From Candidatus Woesearchaeota archaeon (lineage in GTDB: Archaea; Nanobdellota; Nanobdellia; Woesearchaeales; UBA10216): a DNA stretch of 51,511 nucleotides. Location of the stretch: positions 1 to 51,511 of the forward strand of contig JACPBX010000011.1 of the NCBI GenBank assembly GCA_016180085.1. Direction: 5' to 3'. The position numbers and the translations under genes were made by a program. The notes under the pieces are model-generated. The model was not told the DNA's origin. It searched no databases and saw only the letters and a list, made by a program, of their open reading frames with translations. Positions 28,202-36,875 of the stretch are shown one piece after another. Every line of letters starts with the position of its first letter. Position 1 is the first letter of the stretch.

Positions 28202-29368
28202 ATGACCACGCCAACAAAGCCGATGAAGCTGTTATCAGGAAACAAGCGGGGGATGGATTATTACGTTTTTATAGTCTCGCTTGTTGGCGTGCTTATGCTC
28301 AGCTTCATAACATTCAGCCTTTTCACCAAGCAATACAGCCTTAGCTCAGGGCTTTCTACCGGCACAGAGCAGTTCAGGGTGCTGAAAACATACGCCGCAG
28401 CCGAAAAAGCCCTGCTCTTCGCTGACGATGCTGCAAGGCTGGCTTTGGAGCAGGCTGCTTACAAGTACGGGAAAAGCGGGTTTTACTATTCGGGTGCCCC
28501 ATGCGGCAGCAATGGCGGCTACAACTATTGGGCAAAGGATGAAATTCTCCAGAAGAATGACTGCGTGCCTCAGCCAGCGAATCCTTCCGGGTGCTATCCT
28601 GACGAGCCCATGATGAAGTGGACTCTTTCAACTTTTTTCTACTACGATTTCTACAAATTCGTTTCAAAATTCAATAGCATCAGCGAGGTTAAGATTCCTT
28701 TTAATTACGAACCGTTCGGCGTAGCGACAGGCAGCACACAGATTATTGGCATATCGAAAGACCCAATAACAATAAGCATTCCTAACGTTAAGTACGAAGT
28801 CAAGCCGGGCTTCAGGGAAAGCATAAACCGGGATCTAATTGGCGATGGCAGTTCTGTTGTTGCGGTTGCCAAGCAGCTTGCCGGTAAAAGCGAGAAGGAG
28901 GCAAAGAAAATAGTTTCTTCAGCTGATAGCAGTGATGCAGGCAGCCTTGATTGGAATGAAAAGTTTGCCTACAGCAAGGCAAAAAATTCCTGCCTTTACG
29001 CCATTGGCTCATGCACATGCTGCGAAACCATTGAAACGTGCGAGGAGTATGAGTTTGACGAAGAAGGCAACCCTGTCCTGGATGATGATGGAAAAATTAT
29101 TTGCAAGAAAAAAGGCACTTCAGAGGTTCCTGTAGGTGATGGCACAGAATACAGGACAATACCTTACGACAGCTTTGACATCCCGATGAGCGTCAGGGTC
29201 AACGACCCTGCTTCAGGCACAAGCCATAAGCAGTATTTAGTTTATGATGAGGCAGCAAAAAAGGAGGTGCTGAAAGAGCTCGAGTACAACTTCGCAGTAA
29301 ACTGGATAGAGGACCACCCCGAAGACTCAACAACCTCCTGCTCCTGCGGCACAGGACATCCATGCTGA
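28202..29368 (+). CDS. Class III signal-peptide, Cys-rich surface protein
   Basis: NKRG/MDYY + TM; several Cys clusters; acidic loop EFDEEGNPVLDDDG. Confidence 0.72.
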   Translation: MTTPTKPMKLLSGNKRGMDYYVFIVSLVGVLMLSFITFSLFTKQYSLSSGLSTGTEQFRVLKTYAAAEKALLFADDAARLALEQAAYKYGKSGFYYSGAPCGSNGGYNYWAKDEILQKNDCVPQPANPSGCYPDEPMMKWTLSTFFYYDFYKFVSKFNSISEVKIPFNYEPFGVATGSTQIIGISKDPITISIPNVKYEVKPGFRESINRDLIGDGSSVVAVAKQLAGKSEKEAKKIVSSADSSDAGSLDWNEKFAYSKAKNSCLYAIGSCTCCETIETCEEYEFDEEGNPVLDDDGKIICKKKGTSEVPVGDGTEYRTIPYDSFDIPMSVRVNDPASGTSHKQYLVYDEAAKKEVLKELEYNFAVNWIEDHPEDSTTSCSCGTGHPC

Positions 29369-29389
29369 ACTGAAAAGCCAACAGGGTGC

Positions 29390-29445
29390 AGTCAACTCTT
29401 GTCAGGAAAGTTGACTTTATCAGTCAACAACAAACTATTTATATT
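29390..29445 (+). promoter_or_regulatory. rpa promoter with three alternating AGTCAAC/AGTTGACT boxes
   Basis: AGTCAACT 29390-29397, AGTTGACT 29409-29416, AGTCAACA 29422-29429, then TTTATATT 29438-29445. Confidence 0.45.
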
Positions 29446-29474
29446 AGCCGCTGTCGTAAGCCGTTCTGGTAAAA

Positions 29475-30554
29475 ATGATTCGCTTGTCCTACGATGAGAT
29501 TATTGCCAAGATTAAGGAGAAAAGCAGCCTGAGCGAGAGCGAGCTTTCCGGGAAAATCAGCGGCAAGATGTCTCAGCTCGCAGGTCTCGTAAGTAAGGAA
29601 GGGGCTGCTCATATTGTTGCTTCGGAGCTTGGGATAAAGCTCGTTGACCAGCTTTCCGGCAGGTTACAGATAAAAAATATCCTGAATGGAATGAGGGATG
29701 TTGAGACTGTTGGCAAGGTTATGCAGGTTTTTGACGAGCGCCAGTTCAGCAGCAACGGGAGGGAGGGGAAAGTGGCAAGTTTGCAGCTGGCTGACGAAAC
29801 CAGCTCTATAAGGGCTGTCCTGTGGAATGAGCAGGCTGCTAACGTGAAAGGCATCAACGTTGGCGATGTCGTTAAGGTCAAGAGCGCTTATGTCCGCGAA
29901 CGCAACGGATTAAAGGAGCTTCACCTTAACGACAGGAGCGTGGTAATAGTGAACCCTCCGGGCGAAACGGTGGATGTTGCTGTTCCTGCAGCGGCTGCAA
30001 CTGTAACTTCACAGCGCCAGCAGAAAGCCATTAGGAAAAAGCTGTCTGAGCTGAACGAAAGCGACGCGATGGCCGAGGTCCTTGGCACGATTGTCCAGGC
30101 GTTTGACATAAAGTTCTTCGAGGTCTGCCCTGAATGCGGCAAGAGGGCGAGGCAGTCGCAGCCTGACAGCAGCTTTGTCTGCAATGACCACGGCGCAACA
30201 GCAAAGCCTTCATACTCATACGTGCTGAACACTGTGATTGATGATGGCACTGAAACAATGAGGCTTGTCCTCTTCAGGAGGATGGTTGAAAGGCTGCTGA
30301 ACAAGACGGAACAGGAAGTGCTGGCTTACCGCTCGCAGCCTGACTCTTTCCAGCAGGTTAAGAACGACATCTTGGGGAACTTTGTGAAGGCTGTGGTGAG
30401 GGTTAACAAGAACGAGCTTTTTGACAGGCTTGAGTTAGTTGCCCAGGAGATTCATGAGGCAAACCCTGATGATGAGATAACAAGGCTTAATGGCGAGCTT
30501 GCCGCTTTGCAGAAGCCCCAGCCTGCCCGGACTGAAGAAATGAACATGCAATGA
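29475..30554 (+). CDS. rpa: Replication factor A (OB folds + zinc finger)
   Basis: VSKEGAAHIVA, LADETSSIRAVLWNEQ OB fold, CPECGK..CNDHG zinc finger, IDDGTETMR. Confidence 0.92.
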   Translation: MIRLSYDEIIAKIKEKSSLSESELSGKISGKMSQLAGLVSKEGAAHIVASELGIKLVDQLSGRLQIKNILNGMRDVETVGKVMQVFDERQFSSNGREGKVASLQLADETSSIRAVLWNEQAANVKGINVGDVVKVKSAYVRERNGLKELHLNDRSVVIVNPPGETVDVAVPAAAATVTSQRQQKAIRKKLSELNESDAMAEVLGTIVQAFDIKFFEVCPECGKRARQSQPDSSFVCNDHGATAKPSYSYVLNTVIDDGTETMRLVLFRRMVERLLNKTEQEVLAYRSQPDSFQQVKNDILGNFVKAVVRVNKNELFDRLELVAQEIHEANPDDEITRLNGELAALQKPQPARTEEMNMQ

Positions 30555-30560
30555 TGCTCA

Positions 30561-31028
30561 ATGATGTTTCTGACTCACCTCGCCGGTGGAATATTTGCGG
30601 CAGTTTATTTCGGCAACTTTTTGGGGATTAGCTACAGCAGCAATGAAAAGATTATCACAATTGTAGTGGCTGCTGTTTTTGCCCTGCTTCCGGACATCGA
30701 TATGGTAAAATCGAAATTGGGAAGGAAGCTGCAGCCGTTTTCTAACGTTCTTGCAGTGTTGTTCAGGCACCGCGGCTTCCTTCACAGCTTTATTTTTGCA
30801 GCACTTGTTTATTTTGCAATGCTGTATCTTTTTTCAACAGTTATTGCTGCAGCAGCAGTTTTAGGGTATTCCTCGCACTTGCTGCTTGACATGGCTACAA
30901 AGGAGGGTATAATGCCGCTTTCGCCGCTGTCAAAGATGAAAATAAGGGGCTTTGTAAGGACGGGCGGGATTCTGGAGAAGGCAGCCACTGCCGCGCTATT
31001 TGTTCTTATAATTCTCAAACTGGTTTGA
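30561..31028 (+). CDS. Membrane-bound metal-dependent hydrolase (YdjM-like)
   Basis: TH, LLPDID, HRGFLHS and SHLLLD motifs within hydrophobic helices. Confidence 0.88.
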   Translation: MMFLTHLAGGIFAAVYFGNFLGISYSSNEKIITIVVAAVFALLPDIDMVKSKLGRKLQPFSNVLAVLFRHRGFLHSFIFAALVYFAMLYLFSTVIAAAAVLGYSSHLLLDMATKEGIMPLSPLSKMKIRGFVRTGGILEKAATAALFVLIILKLV

Positions 31029-31158
31029 AAAGTTTCCGGAAAACAGCATATGATCCACTGGACACTGGACAACTGCCCGGCTAGGGTATATAAAGGGGAA
31101 CTTTTCTAATAGTGTACGCGCTTACGGGAGGCGACAAGAAAGGATAAGGTGAAATGAG

Positions 31159-31506
31159 ATGAATGAATTGGAAAGTGTGTATGGAAGGGATTATGGAAGC
31201 AAGGGCGTAGCAGCTGCTGGTGCTACCAGTGCGGTGGAAACTGGAGCAGAAACAAGGGCAAATGCTGCAATCCAGAACTTGCCTGACAAGAAGTTCAAGG
31301 CCGGAGGCATAACGGCAACTGTCTGGAAGGGAATTTCCCCGAAAGGCACGGCTTACTTTAATGTTCAGCTTGGCAGGAGCTACAAGGACAACAACTGGAA
31401 GAATACCAGCTCGCTGAGGGAGAATGACGTGCCAAAGGCGATGGTTCTGCTGCAGAAGGCGTATGAGTACGTTATACTGCAAACTACAAACGCTGTGCTT
31501 AATTAG
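31159..31506 (+). CDS. Small PC4/whirly-like putative ssDNA-binding protein
   Basis: [39 protein letters not shown] beta-rich pattern; sits between rpa and radA. Confidence 0.55.
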   Translation: MNELESVYGRDYGSKGVAAAGATSAVETGAETRANAAIQNLPDKKFKAGGITATVWKGISPKGTAYFNVQLGRSYKDNNWKNTSSLRENDVPKAMVLLQKAYEYVILQTTNAVLN

Positions 31507-31538
31507 GCAACAGCGGCTTATGCTATTATGCAACCGAT

Positions 31539-32609
31539 ATGCAAAAAAATTTAAACAATGAGGTGATTGCGGTGAGGAGGAAACAGGAGCAGGAATCGGT
31601 TTTGGTTGGGGAAGAGAGCATAGTTGAGGGGGAAGATGCTGTGAAGTCTGCTGAGAAGCCTGTAGATGGCACTGAGAGGGGCTCTGAGCTTGAGCAGCTG
31701 CCTGGTGTTGGCGCAGCCACGGCTGAGAAGCTTGCCTTGGGTGGTTATGATACCTTGCTTGGCGTAGCGGTAGCTACCCCTGGCGAGCTTGTTGAGCTGA
31801 CTGGCGTTACCGAGCTTGCTGCCAGGAAGATGATTCAATTCGCTCGAGACAAATTAGAGATGGGATTTGTGTCTGCTGAGGATGTTTTGGTGAAAAGGCA
31901 GGGGATTGGCAAGATAAATTCAGGCAGTACTGCTCTTGACAACCTGCTTGGTGGGGGTTTTGAGACAGGAGCAATTACGGAAGCATATGGCGCGTATGGC
32001 GCCGGAAAAAGCCAGCTTGCCCATAGCCTTGCTGTTAACTGCCTAAGACAATTCCCGGATTCCTATGTTGTCTTCATCGACACAGAATCTACCTTCAGGC
32101 CCGAAAGGATAATTGACATTGCGAAAGCGCAGGGCCTTGAGCCTGAAAAAGTTCTTAAGCAGATTAAAGTGGCCCGTGCCTTTAATTCAGACCACCAGAT
32201 GCTGCTGGCTGAGAAGATTGATGACCTAATAAAGAAGCAGGGGCTTAATGTCAAGCTGGTTGTTGTTGATTCGCTCACGGCACATTTCAGGGCAGAGTTC
32301 ATCGGCCGGGGAACGCTGGCTGACAGGCAGCAAAAGATTAACAAGCACATGCACACGCTGATGCGGCTGGCTGAGCTTAACAACCTGTGCGTTTACGTTA
32401 CTAACCAGGTCATGGCGAAGCCTGACATGTTCTTTGGCGATCCCACTGAGGCAATTGGGGGGCACATCGTCGCACACGCCTCCACATACCGCCTGTATCT
32501 AAGGAGGGGCAAGAAGGGAACCAGGGTTGCGAAGATGATTGACAGCCCAAGCCTGCCGGAAGGAGAGGCAACCTTCGTGCTTGATACAGCCGGTGTCAGG
32601 GACGTGTGA
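31539..32609 (+). CDS. radA: DNA repair and recombination protein RadA
   Basis: Hh[13 protein letters not shown], Walker [35 protein letters not shown]; no intein. Confidence 0.97.
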   Translation: MQKNLNNEVIAVRRKQEQESVLVGEESIVEGEDAVKSAEKPVDGTERGSELEQLPGVGAATAEKLALGGYDTLLGVAVATPGELVELTGVTELAARKMIQFARDKLEMGFVSAEDVLVKRQGIGKINSGSTALDNLLGGGFETGAITEAYGAYGAGKSQLAHSLAVNCLRQFPDSYVVFIDTESTFRPERIIDIAKAQGLEPEKVLKQIKVARAFNSDHQMLLAEKIDDLIKKQGLNVKLVVVDSLTAHFRAEFIGRGTLADRQQKINKHMHTLMRLAELNNLCVYVTNQVMAKPDMFFGDPTEAIGGHIVAHASTYRLYLRRGKKGTRVAKMIDSPSLPEGEATFVLDTAGVRDV

Positions 32610-32625
32610 TGTAGCCGTGCCATCG

Positions 32626-32673
32626 TGTGGGTAGAAAACTTTAAATACCCACAAATTTACTATTTTACCCACA
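32626..32673 (+). promoter_or_regulatory. vapBC promoter flanked by TGTGGGTA/TACCCACA operator boxes
   Basis: TGTGGGTA 32626-32633, GAAAACTTTAAA, TACCCACA 32646-32653 and 32666-32673. Confidence 0.65.
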
Positions 32674-32948
32674 TGAAGACCGCATATACCGATGGGAGAG
32701 GACGGATTACACTGGGCTTGAAGATGGTAAATAAACACGGCAATAAATTTGCTGTTGTCAGCCACGGGAAGGAAATTATCCTGGTGCCTATAGCCAAGGA
32801 CCCGCTTGCTGAGCTCAGGAACATTTGGAAAGGCAGCGGAATAGACAAGTATACGATTAAAGAGCTTCGGGAAATGGCGCTTAAAGAAGCTGAAAAAGAG
32901 GCAATGGGAAATGTTCGCAGACACAGACTTTCTTCTCGCCCTGATTAA
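32673..32948 (+). CDS. vapB: AbrB/MazE-family antitoxin
   Basis: Start MKTAYTDGRGRITLG at 32673 (D.RGRI.L motif); overlaps the PIN gene. Confidence 0.8.
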   Translation: MKTAYTDGRGRITLGLKMVNKHGNKFAVVSHGKEIILVPIAKDPLAELRNIWKGSGIDKYTIKELREMALKEAEKEAMGNVRRHRLSSRPD

Positions 32949-33288
32949 GAAATCAGATTGGCTAAAGCAAAATGCTCTTATAGTCTCGGAAAAGCATAAA
33001 GGCCACATACGCGCTTCTATGTCTGTCCTGATTGAACTGGCATTGCTTTGCGTTAGGATGAAAAGGCCGCTTCTATCTACATTCGCCAACATTCTTGAAT
33101 TTGCAGAGGTAGATGAAGCTACATACTCTATCTGCCTAACTGCAGGTGCATACGTGGATAAAAACAATGTTAACGTTTTTGATGCTTTCCATGCCGCTTA
33201 CTGCGGCAACGACATTATCATAAGCTCTGACGCGGCATACGACAAGTTAGGTTTGGAGAGAATAAAATTGGAGAAAGTGCCGAGTTAA
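32911..33288 (+). CDS. vapC: PIN-domain (VapC) toxin
   Basis: FADTDFLLAL, FDAFHAA, IISSDAAYD. Confidence 0.9.
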   Translation: MFADTDFLLALIKKSDWLKQNALIVSEKHKGHIRASMSVLIELALLCVRMKRPLLSTFANILEFAEVDEATYSICLTAGAYVDKNNVNVFDAFHAAYCGNDIIISSDAAYDKLGLERIKLEKVPS

Positions 33289-33451
33289 ACGAACCTTTTG
33301 TAGAAACTTTTAAATAGACAAAAACGATTCTTGGTGTTGCTGATGCGGTTTTTTAAGGATGCAGGGATTAGAAATTGGGGTCCTCTTTCTGCATTTCTAA
33401 ACTGCAGCTTTTCAGGCAAGGCAGCGAATAAACCATATTGGAGGTAGCACT

Positions 33452-33856
33452 ATGCGCAGTGGAGGGTTTGGAGGAGGAAGGGGTTTCAGGGGAGGGGGAA
33501 GCAGGGATTTTGACCAGAAGGCTGCCCCCGTCAGAGTGGGTGAGGAGGTCGACGTTACGATAGAGGCTGTTGGCGCAAAGGGCGATGGCATAGCCAAGAA
33601 AGAAGGCTTTGTCATTTTCGTGCCAAACACGAGCACCGGTGACAACGTAAAAATAAGGATAACCAAGGTTCTCAGCAACGTGGCTTTTGCCGAAGTGGCT
33701 GGCAAGGGCGGTGAAGCTTCGCAGCAAAGAAAAGAGAGGCAACAGGAAGGAAGCGGCGAAGGCGGGGAGGAAGGTGAAGGCGGCGAAGGCGTTAGCAAGC
33801 CTGAGCCTGAAGAGCAGCCTGTTGACACTGAAGACTTCGGCGAAGAGGAACGTTAA
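33452..33856 (+). CDS. TRAM-domain RNA-binding protein
   Basis: PVRVGEEVDVTIEAVGAKGDGIAKKEGFVIFVP; RGG-rich N-terminus and acidic tail; SD GGAGGT. Confidence 0.93.
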   Translation: MRSGGFGGGRGFRGGGSRDFDQKAAPVRVGEEVDVTIEAVGAKGDGIAKKEGFVIFVPNTSTGDNVKIRITKVLSNVAFAEVAGKGGEASQQRKERQQEGSGEGGEEGEGGEGVSKPEPEEQPVDTEDFGEEER

Positions 33857-33931
33857 GAGCGGTAAAGATAGTAGCAGCCGATTGTTCTTTTTCTCATAAT
33901 TTTTTTATATCAGGTTGCTGTAGTCATTGGA

Positions 33932-34471
33932 ATGCGGACATTTATCGCCGTTGATTTGCCAGAGGAAGTAAAGGACGAACTTGCAAATGCGCAGAGGCAG
34001 CTTTCTTCAGCAGTTGCGGCAGCCGCAAAGATGAGCCTTGCCCACGACTTTCATCTGACTTTAAAATTTCTTGGGGAAATAACGCCCGCGAAAATGGAAG
34101 TTGTAAAGGGCTGTTTGGGCAATGTTAAATTCAAAAGCTTCTCGGCAGCTGTTTCGGGCATTGGCGTTTTCCCAAGCGAAAACTACGTCAGGGTGGTTTG
34201 GATTGGCATAGAGCCGGAAGACGGTTTTATCCGGCTGCAGAAACAGGTTGATGATGCCCTTGAAAAAGAGTTCCCGAAAGACAAGAATTTTAAGCCGCAC
34301 CTGACCTTGGCAAGGGTTAAGTTTGTTTCTGACAAAAGCGCCTTTTTACAGCAGCTGCAGCAAATACAGATAAAAAAAGTAAAATTTGCTGTTGAGAAAT
34401 TCAAGCTGAAGAAAAGCACGCTCTCAAGGGAAGGGGCTGTTTACGAGGATTTGGCGGTTTACTTTGCCTGA
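33932..34471 (+). CDS. thpR: RNA 2',3'-cyclic phosphodiesterase (2H family)
   Basis: MRTFIAVDL, two HLTL motifs, FPS..RVVWIG. Confidence 0.93.
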   Translation: MRTFIAVDLPEEVKDELANAQRQLSSAVAAAAKMSLAHDFHLTLKFLGEITPAKMEVVKGCLGNVKFKSFSAAVSGIGVFPSENYVRVVWIGIEPEDGFIRLQKQVDDALEKEFPKDKNFKPHLTLARVKFVSDKSAFLQQLQQIQIKKVKFAVEKFKLKKSTLSREGAVYEDLAVYFA

Positions 34472-35731
34472 ATTGCAGCAAGTTTTGAGATTAAGCCGTC
34501 GGTTGTAACGCGGGCTTCGACTAGTTGCTGCTGCGAGAAGTGGCCACGCGCTTCTTCCAAGTGTTTTTTGTAAGTAGCTTCATCCGCCCTTGATATGCAT
34601 TCTCCTAAAGCAGCAGCTGATGTGCTGAAGACATAGTCGTGTGGTTTCACTGTTGCTAATCATATTGCGAAGGAATGTTTCAAAGCCGCGACCAAACACG
34701 GCATGGGTCATAAGAGACAATATCTCGTAAGGTGGGCTTTTGAATGCCAAATTTTCGCTGGGGTTAATGCCAAGGACTGCCCACGTTATACCTTTTGCTA
34801 TTAGGCTTGTCTGCGAGTTTAAATTATCCTTAAAGTCAAGCTTTTTGCCAAACAATGCTTCAAGCGTTTCTTCCGCCTCTCTTATTTTGTCTCTTCCAAG
34901 GTAATCCCTCGGCGCTCCAGCAAAGCCTCGCAGGTGGCTTAGAGCTGCTTTGCTGTCCCTTGCCATTATTGAAAACTGCATAAGACCATGAAGCGATTCA
35001 ACGTATTCCCTAACCTGTCTTCGCGCTTCTGGATTTTCGACCGCAATGCCAGTATAAACATCAAGGTTTTGTGACAATAGGCGCTGTGTCATTAATGCTT
35101 TCAAATCATCAATAGGGTTCTGGTAAGTTGGGTGAGCGCTAGGGGTTATACCAAGCCTGCGCCACGCATCACCCATAGTAAAGAGTGTAAAGTGAGTAAG
35201 AACCTGCGTATCTGCAGTTATTTTATCATGTTCATCAGAGGAAGTTAAGTAAACAACTTTTGGGCCAAGGGGTCTTAAAAGCTCTTCCAGCTTTTTGGTT
35301 GTTGAATCCCCTTCGACTCTTACAGGCACTAGAATAAAAGTCTGGTTCTTTGGATCTAAGCTGGGGCCATGCATCGGGTGCATGCTCACTATTTGCACCC
35401 CAGAGGGGGCATACTGTTGTAATGCTGCAACCTCTTTGGTCTTAACTGAAGTAAATCCTCCAACTATAGAGCCCGGCTTGACTGCTCCAATGCATTCCTT
35501 GATGACTTGGTCAATGCTGCCAAGAGGAGTTATTGAGTAAATAAGCAAATCGCTTCTTCTGGCAACGTCCTGATTTGTTGGCATGATGACTATGTTCTGT
35601 ACCCCTTCGTAAGCCTTGTGCAGATCGCTAACATTTCTATCAGAAACAAACACGGTGTGCCCAAGAGTCGCAAAACGGCTTGCGTAAGCCTTTCCCATCC
35701 CCCCGGCCGCCCCAACAATGCCTATGTTCAT
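34459..35731 (-). CDS. tyrA: Prephenate/arogenate dehydrogenase (TyrA family, fungal Tyr1-like), frameshifted at about 34651-34660
   Basis: Rossmann GAAGGMG, HPMHGP, HDKITADTQVLTH; the C-terminal helix bundle continues in the 34459-34650 frame. Confidence 0.8.
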
Positions 35732-35847
35732 AGCAAGCAGCTACAAGAGCACATATATAAATTTATCTCTTTTTAGTAGTGAAAAACAAGGCAGCTTATT
35801 GGCTGCTACGAAAAAGGTTTTTAAACAAACCAAGCCACCAAAGCAGA

Positions 35848-36684
35848 ATGGTAAACTACGGCGCGGCGTTCAAGCTTCCTTTTACTAACTGGCGCAGGCT
35901 GGGTGCCCTTTTCTTATTGGTGTTAGTTGCTGGTTTGCCATCAATCCTGTTGCAGATGTTCAAAAAGGATGCCATTTCTCTGGTGTTGACTTCTGGCTGG
36001 GCAGGCTTAATTGCCTTTTACCTCGCCTTTTTTCTTGTTTCCATGTTCCTTTACATGGCAATCAGTGGCTATTCAATCAGGATAGCCAGACATGCTGCCC
36101 ATGGGAAAAACGCCCTGCCGCCTTTTGAAAAATTCCTCTCGCTGTTTGCAGCAGGGTTCAAGTACTCTGTTGCATTGTTAATCTATTCGTTACCGCTTGT
36201 CTTATTGCTCGTGTTGTCGGTATTTTTGCTTTACACCTCTTTCAGGCTTTTTGGGATTCTGTTGCTTGTTATCGCAATGCCTTTCGCGGTTTTGTGGATG
36301 TTTTTCATAATGTACTCGGGCCCTATGCTGATGGCCCATTTTGCTTACGAGAACCGCTTTGCAGCGTTTTTCGAGCTTGGCAGGATTCTCAAGTACTCTT
36401 TCACAATGGCTTATTTCGTGCCTTGGATTGTTGCTTTGGGCTATTCGATAGCGCTATTCATACCATATTTTGTCATCGTAATGATTGTGGCGCTTATTTC
36501 CTACGCCAACCCATCTAGCGCGGCAGCAAATGTTTTGATGTCGGTGTTAAGCGGGCTCTACACGGTTATTTTAACGCCTACTGTGATGAACCTTTACGGC
36601 CAGGCATACCATGATGTGAAGGCTGCTTCTCCTGCAGCGGCACCTGCAAAGGCGAAAGGGCACGCAAAAAGTAAATCTTTATAA
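35848..36684 (+). CDS. DUF4013-like integral membrane protein
   Basis: Start MVNYGAAFKLPF at 35848; ISGYSIRIAR..LPPFE; about 6 TM helices. Confidence 0.75.
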   Translation: MVNYGAAFKLPFTNWRRLGALFLLVLVAGLPSILLQMFKKDAISLVLTSGWAGLIAFYLAFFLVSMFLYMAISGYSIRIARHAAHGKNALPPFEKFLSLFAAGFKYSVALLIYSLPLVLLLVLSVFLLYTSFRLFGILLLVIAMPFAVLWMFFIMYSGPMLMAHFAYENRFAAFFELGRILKYSFTMAYFVPWIVALGYSIALFIPYFVIVMIVALISYANPSSAAANVLMSVLSGLYTVILTPTVMNLYGQAYHDVKAASPAAAPAKAKGHAKSKSL

Positions 36685-36875
36685 GCAACCTGCTGGTTCT
36701 GCAGTGCTATTGCCCAGACACCCTATTGTGGGTGTTGTCTGCATCCGGGCGATAATAGGTTGCAGTTCAAGCGGTTTCTTGGACTGACAATTGACAAAAG
36801 TTAAAGTTCGTTTTGACAGCTGCTGCGATAATTCGTTGCTGCTGTTGCTGAAGGCGAATACGAAACGGTGATTGA

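Noticed and set aside
31056-31076. CRISPR-like repeats (also TGTTGCCAT x2 near 51220-51240)
   Set aside because: Units are 7-9 bp, adjacent, without spacers, and no cas genes are present.
33368-33742. Pro/Ser-rich minus-strand ORF
   Set aside because: Antisense shadow of the Gly/Glu-rich TRAM gene.
36745-36800. tRNA upstream of rps2 (GTTCAA T-loop-like)
   Set aside because: Flanking bases do not form a T stem or a cloverleaf.
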